Source: Macrostomum lignano
Lineage: Eukaryota
Reading direction: 5' to 3'
Length of the DNA: 64,000 nt
Assembly (NCBI GenBank): GCA_002269645.1
Contig: NIVC01001798.1
Span: 124,001 to 188,000 of the forward strand
Shown here: positions 12,762-24,428 of the stretch, piece by piece
Position numbering within the stretch: the stretch's first letter is position 1
Layout: the number at the start of each line of letters is the position of its first letter
Program-made: the position numbers and the translations under genes
Notes under the pieces: model-generated
Databases searched by the model: none
Seen by the model: the letters and a program-made list of their open reading frames with translations, nothing else
What the model was told of the DNA's origin: nothing

Positions 12762-14733
12762 ATGGACGACCAATCGTCCGAGACTGTGCAGCCGCAGGCA
12801 GAGTCCGGTGCATTTTTTCTAACCAATGCCGAAAGCAACGAAAATGCGCCGACGGTACAGACGGAAGGCGAAAATAGCGACGCTGAAGAGCTTGAGGAAT
12901 CTAAGGAAGAGTTGTTGGCGTCCAACGATGATCAACAGGAGGAAGAATCCATTACAAACGACACCGCGGGTGCAGCAGAGAATCCGGAAGCAGCAGACAA
13001 CCAGGAACAACCAGAAGCTACCGAGAACCAAAATCAACCAGAAACAAACGAAGTCGCCCACGAGGACGTTGACCCGGAGGCAGACGCGAACGATATTTCA
13101 TCAACAACTGCCGACGCAAAAGATCAGCAATTGCCCGAGCGAGCTGACAGCCCTGCAAAAGAAACGGAAAAGTCTCAACCAAAAACCCAGCGAAAAAAGA
13201 AGAAGACAAAAATCGGCAAAGCCTCAAAGCCGAAAGCTGCGCTAGTTCGGCAGATTCGCTCCAAGTCTGCCGAGCCAATCGTAAAAAGCAAAACCGACAA
13301 AAAAACAAGTGTTTCCACCAAAGCCAACAAAAACGACGATAAAGCAACGATTAAAAAGAAACCGGAGCAAGAAAAGCCTCAGGCGGGCAAAGATTCAAAA
13401 ACCGAAGCGCGCCACGTGTCGTTCGAGACGCCCCGGCAAAGATCAAAGTCGGTAGTCATTCCGCCTGTCAGCAATCAGGTATATATAATAGTGTATGATT
13501 GCGTACTCTCTACTGATATAAGTAGCTTGTTTGTTTATCAACATACGCCGAACAATTTTATTATTATTTATACAGATTAAGATGGTGCAAAAATTGGCCG
13601 AACTACAGTCGCTTATTTCTAGAGACTACCAGCTGGAGGCCAGGTGAGAAGGGATCGAAAGTTACTGCTGTTTTTATTGCTTACTATGTTAGTGGCAAGA
13701 TTCAAGATTCAGATAGATAAGGCCTAATTTAGCGCTATTAAACAAGTTACGTTTGGCGCCATTAGACAGGCTTAGTAGTTTGGCGCCATTAGACAGGCTT
13801 AGTTTGGCGCCATTAGACAGGCTTAGTAGTTTGGCGCCATCAGACAGGCTTAGTTTGGCGCCATTAGACAGGCTTAGTAGTTTGGCGCCATTAGACAGGC
13901 TTAGTTTGGCGCCATTAGACAGGCTTAGTAGTTTGGCGCCATTAGACAGGCTTAGTTTGGCGCCATTAGACAGGCTTAGTAGTTTGGCGCCATTAGACAG
14001 GCTTAGTTTGGCGCCATTAGACAGGCTTAGTAGTTTGGCGCCATTAGACAGGCTTAGTAGTTTGGCGCCATTAGACAGGCTTAGTTTGGCGCCATTAGAC
14101 AGGCTTAGTTTGGCGCCATTAGACAGGCTTAGTAGTTTCGCGCCATTAGACAGGCTTAGTTTGGCGCCATTAGACAGGCTTAGTTTGGCGCCATTAGACA
14201 GGCTTAGTTTGGCGCCATCAGACAGGCTTAGTTTGGCGCCATCAGACAGGCTTAGTTTGGCGCCATTAGACAGGCTTAGTTTGGCGCCATTAGACAGGCT
14301 TAGTTTGGCGCCATTAGACAGGCTTAGTTTGGCGCCATTAGACAGGCTTAGTTTGGCGCCATCGTGCAGATAAATTCAGTTTGGCGCGATTCGGTAGGCT
14401 TATGCTTGGCGCTTAGCTATTCATTTAAGCCTCAGTCGTCCCTATTTCTCCATCAGACTTTGTTACAAACGGGGTCTCGCTGAGTCCGGCTGCTCAGCCC
14501 TTCTGCGTCGGTGGGCCCTTGAAGCCGAAGAGCAGAGGCAACGGCAGCAACAGCAGCAACAGCCTGCCGCAAGTCCCGAAGCTTCAAGACGCCAGATTGT
14601 CCGGCCGGAGACTGGCAGTAATCGACTATCAAAATTTGCTTCAACTGCAGCTTCTCCTAGAAGAGAATCCAGCAGCCGATCTGGCAGACAATCTCGGGAA
14701 CAGAATCGAAGACTGCCGCCAGTGAATGGCTGA
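12762..14733 (+). CDS. Uncharacterised 3-exon gene (~353 aa), acidic then Lys-rich disordered N-terminus, short helical core, poly-Q
   Basis: Exons 12762-13478, 13576-13643, 14457-14733; GT-AG, phases 0 and 2 consistent; no recognised domain. Confidence 0.65.
13752..14362. repeat. 24/27-bp intronic minisatellite TTTGGCGCCATTAGACAGGCTTAG(TAG)
   Basis: About 24 tandem copies; source of ORF 13753..14373. Confidence 0.96.
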
Positions 14734-14796
14734 TGCAATTTGCGGCTTGATCGGGAGCTGCGGGACTGACGGATCTTCGCCTCTGGCTAGTCACAC

Positions 14797-14937
14797 CTGT
14801 CTGTCTGCCTGCCTGTCTGTCTGTCTGTCTGTCTGTCTGTCTGCCTGCCTGTCTGTCTGCCTGCCTGTCTGTCTGTCTGTCTGTCTGTCTTAATGTCTGT
14901 CTGTTTTAATGTCTGTCTGTCTGTCTGTCTGTCTGCC

Positions 14938-14974
<37 letters not shown>

Positions 14975-15121
14975 TAATGTCTGTCTGTTTTAATGTCTGT
15001 CTGTCTGTCTGCCTGTCTGTCTGTCTGTCTGTCTGTCTTAATGTCTGTCTGTTTTAATGTCTGTCTGTCTGTCTGCCTGTCTGTCTGTCTGTCTGTCTGC
15101 CTGCCTGTCTGTCTGCCTGCC

Positions 15122-15182
<61 letters not shown>

Positions 15183-15421
15183 TAATGTCTGTCTGTTTTA
15201 ATGTCTGTCTGTCTGTCTGCCTGTCTGTCTGTCTGTCTGTCTTAATGTCTGTCTTAATGTCTGTCTGTTTTAATGTCTGTCTGTCTGTCTGCCTGTCTGT
15301 CTGTCTGTCTGTCTGTCTGTCTTAATGTCTGTCTGTTTTAATGTCTGTCTGTCTGTCTGCCTGTCTGTCTGTCTGTCTTAATGTCTGTCTGTTTTAATGT
15401 CTGTCTGTCTGTCTGTCTGCC

Positions 15422-15456
<35 letters not shown>

Positions 15457-15541
15457 ATGTATGTCCGTCTGTCTGTCCGTCTGTCTGCCTGTCTGTCTGT
15501 CTGCCTGCCTGCCTGTCCGTCTGTCTGTCTGTCTGCCTGCC

Positions 15542-15602
<61 letters not shown>

Positions 15603-15645
15603 GCCTGCCTGTCTGCCTGTCTGTCTGTCTGTCTGTCTGCCTGCC

Positions 15646-15718
<73 letters not shown>

Positions 15719-15726
15719 GCCTGTCT
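14797..15726. repeat. (TGTC)n microsatellite with CTTAATG/TTTTAATG interruptions
   Basis: Direct reading. Confidence 0.97.
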
Positions 15727-16490
15727 GCCATTGCACCTGCCTGAGTCCTTGTGCGTTATTTTTTGTTAATCGCTAAACTTATATTTTGTTGTTAAATGAG
15801 ACTCTCTACCTAATTAATTTAAATTCCAATGAAGTGCCTGCAAATTATATATGATTGAGAATCACAGATATATTTTTATTTTTACAATTGTCTGCAACAT
15901 GCAAGGAAGATTCAGTTCAGTGCACCATGCATTTCTTATCTTTGCTGCTAAACAGTGTGCCTAAAATATCAACATTAAATTATGTGTGGCTATATTTTCA
16001 CACAGCTCTAATTCACGGTCTGCCAATTAATTTCGTCTATATATTTTCTTTACGATTAGCTAAAAGTTGGTAGAATATACTGCTTAAAACTATTTATAGT
16101 AGTGCACAAAGCATGTTAAGATTTTTTCACTTCTCCAGAAAATGAAGTTTTAATTTGATTTAATTTGATTACACTACTGAATTTAATTACAAATGTATAT
16201 TTTTTCTGTGGCTGATATTGTATGTTTAATTTTAAAATTTTGGTAATACGAGTAACAAGTAAAGTCTTTGTGCTTTATTTAGAAGCATTAAATATAAAAT
16301 ATAATTCAACTATATTACGAGATGATGATTAATTCTTTATATTTTTCAGTTATAATGTATCGATTAAATCAAAACAGTCTAAATGATTTAAACTGGCCTA
16401 CGAAAATAAATAAAGCAGGCAAAGGAAAACACAGAAAAGGTCAAATATTGTGTGCAGAATATTTAGATTTCTTATCAAATGTACTTTAGT

Positions 16491-18058
16491 TTATCTCCGT
16501 TTGTAGCAGCCAATCTCACATTTGCACAGTGGGCAGGTGTGAACCACATCCTTGAAGTTGTCCAGCAGCAGGGGAAGCCAGAAGAATGCTGCCGGCAAAA
16601 TGAAAAGGCCCCTAAAATAACAAGATATATTGATGCTCTTTAGTTGCTAAAAGTACAAGTTGTTATTATTACGATTAAAGGAGGGCTGCGGGCACCCTAG
16701 CTGACATCGGTCTCAGAATCGTGCAGCAGTGAGGCGATGCTGCTCATTCCGCCGACTCCCCTGAGCAGGCAGACAAGCGTGCGGATACGTACGCAGTCAT
16801 TCGCACAGGTACAAACTCACACATTTATCGTTATCGGCATGTACACTTCAAGGGGCGTTAATTGCACGAGCAGAACCAAGCCGAGATTCCAAAATAGTCC
16901 CAAAATAATGGGACTGCACTTTGGAATCGAACCTGGGCCGCTAGTCTCCTTGATACATGTACATACCGGTAGTTACTGACCTTTGATTATTCTCAAACTA
17001 TTTGACAATACACTTAATTAGCAGAATTAGAGGGTTGTAGACGTAACGTGCGCACCGCCTAGGAAGGAAACTTAATTAGCGTTTCGGCACAACGGCAATA
17101 AAGATCTTAGCAGTTACATTATCTTGAAGTTAATGAAGTTAAGGCAGCTGAGCAATGCCCCATGAGTCTAGACAGCTGAGCAATGCCCCATGAGTCTATA
17201 GGCACCTGAGCAATTCCCCATGAGTCTATAGGCACCTGAGCAATGCCCCATGAGTCTATAGGCACCTGAGCAATGCCCCATGAGTCTATAGGCACCTGAG
17301 CAATGGCCCATGAGTCTATAGGCACCTGAGGAATGGCCCATGAGTCTATTAGGCACCTGAGCAATGCCCCATGAGTCTATAGGCACCTGAGCAATGCCCC
17401 ATGAGTCTATAGGCACCTGAGCAATACCCCATGAGTCTAGGCACCTGAGCAATGCCCCATGAGTCTATAGGCACCTGAGCAATGCCCCATGAGTCTATAG
17501 GCACCTGAGCAATGCCCCATGAGTCTATAGGCACCTGAGCAATGGCCCATGAGTCTATAGGCACCTGAGCAATGGCCCATGAGTCTATAGGCACCTGAGC
17601 AATACCCCATGAGTCTAGGCACCTGAGCAATTCCCCATGAGTCCAGGCACCTGAGCAATACCCCATGAGCTCTGTAGTGAAAGCTGCTCAAGTGAAATCA
17701 AGAATGGCAAGACCGCTCACCCGGGACATACAAGCAGCGCAGCTGTGGTGCAGCTCCTCGAGCCGATTCTGTACGTCAGCCTTGAGGTCACCTGCTGATG
17801 ACAGGCTGGGCACCGACCGACAAACTGCTTGGCGCTCAGTCGCTGCTGATGACATCGAATGCCCGACATTGTGGCGTGGCGACCGCCAATCAAAACTCGA
17901 GCGTCGTTCTCGGCTTCCACTGACGGCGAATCGTCCATCTGGGACACCCGGTGGTATTCCACCTCCGGTGGATTCGCCGAGGAGGCACCAGCCGGATCAA
18001 TCGGTAAGTCCGACTGTTTAGTAATGCCAGACTGATTCGTTATGGTATCGGTAGGCAT
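16491..18058 (-). CDS. LITAF-domain (zf-LITAF-like) protein, ~152 aa
   Basis: Exons 18058-17721 and 16611-16491 (phase 2). CPACHQQVTSRLTYRIG, a hydrophobic stretch, then DNFKDVVHTCPLCKCEIGCYKRR, giving the CxxC...HxCxxC signature. The true start could lie in an upstream exon. Confidence 0.88.
16680..16935 (-). mobile_element. tRNA-derived SINE, family B (diverged copy)
   Basis: Minus strand CCAGGTTCGATTCCAAAGTGCAGTC (B box); body aligns to 58932-59302 (CTGCTCGTGCAATTAACG, CTCAGGGGAGTCGGCGGAATG). Confidence 0.8.
17143..17668. repeat. 30-bp minisatellite GGCACCTGAGCAATGCCCCATGAGTCTATA in the LITAF intron
   Basis: About 17 tandem copies. Confidence 0.95.
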
Positions 18059-18974
18059 TTTTATATTGGCAAATATTTTTAGTCATGAAACCGTTATTAA
18101 AACAGTTTAATTCTCGTCTACTGCCTTGCTCTCCTTTTCGCCAGGGCTCTTTAAGTACTGAATGTAACAGATCCGGTCCTTTCTGCGCCTGTACTGCACT
18201 CGCAGCGAGAGGCACTGTTAGTTAATTTCCCTGCCGCTTAGAATTGCCGACATATGCTCATTGGCCATCTGCTTGTGCCTGAATCTCTCCCCTGCTCTAC
18301 CCCACCCCCCAGCCTTAATACACCCCCTCTCCCCTCCAACTCTGTCGATTGCACCCTTGCGACTTCCAATTAACTATGGTTGAAACACGAATGTAAATGC
18401 CTGTACGAGCTCAATTACCTTTTTTGATATTCACGGGTTAGTAAATTGGACTATATATACGAACTAGTACTTTAGGATAGCTTTATGAGCTGTCTGTCTG
18501 GTGAGGGGCTTGGGGAGTTAAGAGCATGGAAACCAGATGAAGAAGAATGTATAGGAGGACCGTCAGTGAGGGAGAGACGAAGGCAGAGATGGGGAGAGAA
18601 TATGGTATGGAAGGAAGAGAGGAGAAGAGAGTACGTGTGGGACTAAAAGGGTGGACGGACTGGGAGAGATGCAATTCTAGATAATCTACTGACAGAAGCT
18701 GGAGCAAAGCAGCCCTGCTCAAGTAGTATAATAGTTAGTTACACACCAAACCAGGCCTGCGTGCTGGAGCCGAAAGATAGCGGGGGCGGTTAGAGACAGT
18801 GGTCTCTGCGGTTAACGCATATGACTGTCGCGTCAAATCAACCATGTGCGGCTCTCTGCATGGTAAGGATCAAATATGAAAACTGGCCTGAAGGGCATGT
18901 CGTGCCATTCTACTCACATGAGGGCCAACCCCCATAGCACAGAATAGCATGTACACTGCTAACCATAGCTATAG

Positions 18975-19474
<500 letters not shown>

Positions 19475-19988
19475 ATAAATAAATGACTAAATAAATATTT
19501 TACTATTAATTTTTTATCATGTATAACATGGTAGTTACACAGCTATTATGCTAGTAGGCCTATTATACACACAAAATATAGGCAATCACTCCTAAGAAAA
19601 TCTTAGAAAAGTAACCGCAATATTTTCTATCACGTGAGCTGAATACAACACCGGTCAGTCCCTCGCTGCTTCACAGTTCATTAGTCTCTTATGTAAAGAT
19701 GTTGAGCCAAATCGATATCCACTGGCCTGAGAAGCTGAGCACTCATACGTGTTTCCCATAATTTCCCTTCCGTCTCTGATCTGGTAATACTGGGAAAGAA
19801 GATCTGCGACACATGTAGAGTTAATTACTGGGGATCCTGGGAGTCTCCTTTCATATCAAAATTTCCCTTTTTCCCCACCCTCTTGGCCTTGAATTAAGGA
19901 TTTAGAATTAGAATTTAGACTGAGGATGGGAGTTTTTGAGGTCTATGGCTGAGACCCCATCTGCTAAAGGGGTCTTAACCCAAGCGTA

Positions 19989-21299
19989 CGAGGGTCACTC
20001 AGAAAGTCTTTAGCCTGAGTAGGATCCACGAGACGTAGAAGCATGAAATTTGTCTATGGTAAAGACCAACTTTTAAAAGTATTGCAACAAAACTTTCAAA
20101 CAGAAGCAGCCACTTTTGAGTCCACTGCAGCGAGTTAAAGTCAGTTCACCCCCCTGAGTTCTTCAATTCAACAATGAAGCTGGAAAATCGCGACTTCAGA
20201 GCAATGATGTACTTGCACTTCAAGCAAGGCAAGTCGCCGGCCGAATCGTATCAAAGTTTACAGAACGTTTTTACCCATGTATGTCCTTCATACGCAACCG
20301 TCAAAAACTGGTTCGCTGAGTTTCGCCGAGGTCGAGAAAGCCTCGAAGATGAACATCGATCCGGGAGACCCTGTGACGCAGTGACTCCAGAAAATATCTG
20401 CGCTGTGTCCAGCATGATTGCCGCTGACCGGCGAGTGACCTACCAGCAGATCCAGCAGGAGATCGGTATTGGATCGGGGAGTGTGCACGCCATTCTGCAC
20501 GAACACCTTGGAGTGCGGAAGCTGGCTTCCCGGTGGATCCCCCATCAGCTGTCGGACGTGCAGAAGGACACCAGGGTGGCTTGGTGCCGATTCATGCTGC
20601 AGAAATTCGAATCTGGGACCAGCCGGCGTATCAGGGACATCCTCACGGGCGATGAGACCTGGATTTATCAATACGACCCCGAAAGCAAGCGCCAGTCAGC
20701 CATGTGGACCTTTGGAGACGAGGACAGCCCCACCAAGTTTCGACGCAGCCGGAGTGTCGGCAAGCAGATGGTGGCCTGTTTCTTCATGCGCACTGGGCAT
20801 GTGGCTTCCGTTTCACTTGAAGATCGCCAGACAGTCACCGCTGACTGGTACACAACGGTTTGCCTGCCCAAAGTCTTTTCTGCTGTGAGCCAGAGGCGCC
20901 CAAGGTGCGGAATGCGCGGGGTGCTGCTGCACCACGACAACGCCAGCGCGCACACGGCGGCTCAAACTCTGGAGTTTCTGGCTGACTGTGAGGTCCAGCT
21001 GATGACTCACCCTGCTTACAGTCCAGACCTGGCACCGTGCGACTTTTTTCTGTTTCCGAAGTGCAAGGAGATTCTGAAGGGCCAGGTCTTTTCTTCACCG
21101 GAAGAAGCTGTGAATGAGTTCAAAAACATCATCGAGGAGCTCCGGGATGAGGATTGGCGGCAGTGCTTTGACAGCTGGTTTCACAGGATGCAAGCCTGTA
21201 TCAATGCCGGTGGAGAGTATTTTGAGCACTTGTAGTCGTTTTTTAGTTCATTTGTTGCTGTTTTCGTGTTCAGGCTAAGAACTTTCTGAGTGACCCTCG
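19989..21299 (+). mobile_element. Full-length mariner transposon, 1311 bp
   Basis: 30-bp TIRs CGAGGGTCACTCAGAAAGT(CT/TC)TTAGCCTGA (28/30 match); TA TSD at 19987-19988 and 21300-21301. Confidence 0.97.
20174..21235 (+). CDS. mariner transposase (DD34D), 353 aa, intact
   Basis: N-terminal HTH, WIPHQL (WVPHEL motif), TGDETW, HHDNASAH, YSPDLAPCD with 34 residues between D2 and D3. Confidence 0.97.
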   Translation: MKLENRDFRAMMYLHFKQGKSPAESYQSLQNVFTHVCPSYATVKNWFAEFRRGRESLEDEHRSGRPCDAVTPENICAVSSMIAADRRVTYQQIQQEIGIGSGSVHAILHEHLGVRKLASRWIPHQLSDVQKDTRVAWCRFMLQKFESGTSRRIRDILTGDETWIYQYDPESKRQSAMWTFGDEDSPTKFRRSRSVGKQMVACFFMRTGHVASVSLEDRQTVTADWYTTVCLPKVFSAVSQRRPRCGMRGVLLHHDNASAHTAAQTLEFLADCEVQLMTHPAYSPDLAPCDFFLFPKCKEILKGQVFSSPEEAVNEFKNIIEELRDEDWRQCFDSWFHRMQACINAGGEYFEHL

Positions 21300-21347
21300 T
21301 ATCTCAAATGAATGATCAACGAATTTTGTTAATAAGGCAAGCTCATC

Positions 21348-23524
21348 ATGCTGTGCTCTGTTCTGACTCTGCTGGTCCTCCTGACTGCTCAGGGAGGCTA
21401 TGAAGTTGAAGGTGAGAAATTCACAGGCTGTGCATTTGAGTATTGGTTGGTTTTGACTTTTGTGTGTCTGCATTTGAGCATTGGTTGGTTTTGTGTGTCT
21501 GCATTTGAGCATTGGTTGGTTTTGACTTTTGTGTCTGCATTTGAGTATTGGTTGGTTTTGACTTTTGTGTCTGCATTTGAGCATTGGTTGGTTTTGACTT
21601 TTGTGTCTGCATTTGAGTATTGGTTGGTTTTGACTTTTGTGTCTGCATTTGAGCATTGGTTGGTTTTGACTTTTGTGTGTCTGCATTTGAGTATTGGTTG
21701 GTTTTGACTTTTGTGTGTCTGCATTTGAGTATTGGTTGGTTTTGACTTTTGTGTGTCTGCATTTGAGTATTGGTTGGTTTTGACTTTTGTGTCTGCATTT
21801 GAGCATTGGTTGGTTTTGACTTTTGTGTCTGCATTTGACCATTGGTTGGTTTTGACTTTTGTGTCTGCATTTGAGTATTGGTTGGTTTTGACTTTTGTGT
21901 CTGCATTTGAGCATTGGTTGGTTTTGACTTTTGTGTCTGCATTTGAGTATTGGTTGGTTTTGACTTTTGTGTCTGCATTTGAGCATTGGTTGGTTTTGAC
22001 TTTTGTGTCTGCATTTGAGTATTGGTTGGTTTTGACTTTTGTGTCTGCATTTGAGCATTGGTTGGTTTTGACTTTTGTGTCTGCATTTGAGCATTGGTTG
22101 GTTTTGTGCGTCTGCATTTGAGCATTGGTTGGTTTTGTGTCTGCATTTGAGCATTGGTTGGTTTTGTGTCTGCATTTGAGCATTGGTTGGTTTTGTGTGT
22201 CTGCATTTGAGCATTGGTTGGTTTTGTGTGTCTGCATTTGAGCATTGGTTGGTTTTGTGTGTCTGCATTTGAGCATTAGTTGGTTTTGTGTCTGCATTTG
22301 AGCATTGGTTGGTTTTGTGTGTCTGCATTTGAGCATTGGTTGGTTTTGTGTGTCTGCATTTGAGCATTGGTTGGTTTTGTGTGTCTGCATTTGAGCATTG
22401 GTTAATTTTACGATCGCGCGTAAGCAAGCAAGCTGCCACACAGGATTTATTTTCTCATACGCATCATTACAGGTGCCTCCAAGTATAAAATTGTACCTCA
22501 GATTCCAGGTAAGTCTGATCATTCTGTTTTCTGTATTTGAATATAGAAATTAGCATCCAATTTGGGCGGAGGCAGAGTCAATGCTCAGAGCATTTGTTTT
22601 TGCTGACCTCGATCACTACGACTTATACATGTATACCGGTAGTGATAGCATCTGTGGGACTGGTTCACCATCAACTCGCACTACTGTATGCTATAAGCCT
22701 GTCTTCCAGTTTCATTAAAGTTGCTTTGCTTGGTAAATGTTGATTTGATTTATAAATGCATTTAAGAGGGGAATAATTAATTGCAAAATATTCAAAATGT
22801 GAGAGTTAATATACTTGTGATTTGATTTAATTGACTTATTGACTTATACGTACTCAACAATACAACAACAACACAATTGATTACACCTGCCCTAATGAGC
22901 AGATGTCGAACTGACAGCTCAGCCGCAGCTATTTTGTGGCGCATCTGAAGGCTGCGTACGGCTGTTCAGTCCAAGGACTGGGGGGTCGCCACGCACACCC
23001 TCAATTACCCCAGCTAATGCTGGCACCCATTTTACAGCTGTGGGTGAACTGAAGCAATGCAGAGTTCAGTGTCTTGCTCACAAGGACATAAATTGTTCCG
23101 AGTGGGTCGAGAATCGAACCCTCGACCTTTTACTCGTCAACTCATAGCAACTCATGAAAGTCAATTCATAGCCAAATTTGCACCAATTAATTTCGCTTCT
23201 TCAGCTCCCTTCAAGCAATGCTATCTCTGGTACAAATCATCGCCAGTGCTTGAAGACGAGTTGCCGAGTCTGTCTGACAAAATGAGCCAAGAGATCTGCG
23301 CCACGCAGTGCATCCAGAAAAGTACGCCGCACTACAACTACAAGTTCTTCGGTCTAGCAGATGCTTTCCGATGCTTCTGCGGTAGGTTCATCATGCAAGC
23401 CTACCGCGGACGCTACCCCCCATTTTGCAATGCTCCGTGCTTCAACGGCGTTGGCAACGAAACATGCGGCGGCGAGTACGCGATGGCGGTGTACGAGCTG
23501 GTTCCAGTTAAGAAGAAAATCTGA
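21348..23524 (+). CDS. Small secreted WSC-domain protein, ~139 aa
   Basis: Exons 21348-21411, 22473-22508, 23205-23524 (phase 1, 1). Signal peptide MLCSVLTLLVLLTAQG; WSC Cys pattern CY..MSQEIC..C..FFGL..CFCG..C..PC..CGG..VY. Confidence 0.85.
21430..22402. repeat. 36-bp intronic minisatellite TGCATTTGAGCATTGGTTGGTTTTGACTTTTGTGTC (29-38 bp variants)
   Basis: Fills most of WSC intron 1; source of ORFs 21270..22522. Confidence 0.96.
22875..23140 (-). mobile_element. tRNA-derived SINE with CORE-like domain, family A
   Basis: Minus strand GGGTTCGATTC B box, then TGTCCTTGTGAGCAAGACACTGAAC...CAGCTGTAAAATGGGT resembling the MIR CORE; second copy at 48138-48345. Confidence 0.75.
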
Positions 23525-23871
23525 ACGACTGCTCAAATTCTAGTATGCTTGGGCTTGGCTAACAATTCTCTTAAAATCATATAGTTTAAATGTTGAGTTC
23601 GTTTTGAGCTACAGCAAAATATATATTTGTACATGGGGCTCAGAGGAAATGAATGCACTTTTAATCTGCTTTCCTGCTTATTCAAACTGAATTGTTTAAT
23701 TTCTTAAGTGTGTTTACAACAATGCATGAGACGCAAAGAACAAGCATCACACCTGTGTGTGTTGTGGGAAGAAATTTTTCTAAACGCTGCGATCGAGTGT
23801 TCGACGATGCATTAAAGATTACAGGATGACGGTTCAGTTGCTTTCAGCACTGGAGGCTTTTGCACTTTAGC

Positions 23872-24058
23872 TGTCCTTCCTCAGCTGTCCTGTCCTCAGC
23901 TGTCCTGTCCTCAGCTGACCTGTCCTCAATTGACCTGTCCTCAGCTGTGCTGTCCTCAGCTGTCATGTCCTCAGCTGACCTGTCCTCAACTGACCTGTCC
24001 TCAACTGACCTGTCCTCAGGTGACCTGTCCTCAGCTGTCCTGTCCTCAGCTGAACTGT
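23872..24058. repeat. 15-bp minisatellite (TGTCCTCAGCTGACC-like)
   Basis: About 12 copies. Confidence 0.9.
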
Positions 24059-24428
24059 CACCCCAGGCTCCTAATTCTTTAACTTCCTCTCTCCGTTTCC
24101 CATCTCAATGTCATCTCAAATCCTTTAAATATGAATTGCAACCTCTGCATTATATTATAGGTAGATTTTCAATTGTCAACGCCTATCACATTCAAAACTA
24201 ATCAAGATAAATGAAACGCCGTTAACTTTTCTTAATGAAAAAAAATCAGACGAAAAAAGCAGTTAAAATTGCTTGCCAACAGTTCAAATTGGAAACAAAT
24301 TTTCGTTTTTATTTTAATTGTTTTAATTGCGGCACGGAATGGCAACTGAATTTTACATCGATTTTTTATCGCTTCCAATTTCCGTCCGTCTTCGCAAGTT
24401 CGTCGTCAATCCCCGATTAACGCTGAAG

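Noticed and set aside
20288-21098. Alternative-frame and antisense ORFs inside mariner
   Set aside because: Shadow ORFs of a GC-rich coding sequence.
22855-22880. Shared (TTG)n tail linking the CORE-like SINE to the RTE element as SINE-LINE partners
   Set aside because: No sequence similarity upstream of the simple repeat, and the second SINE copy lacks it.
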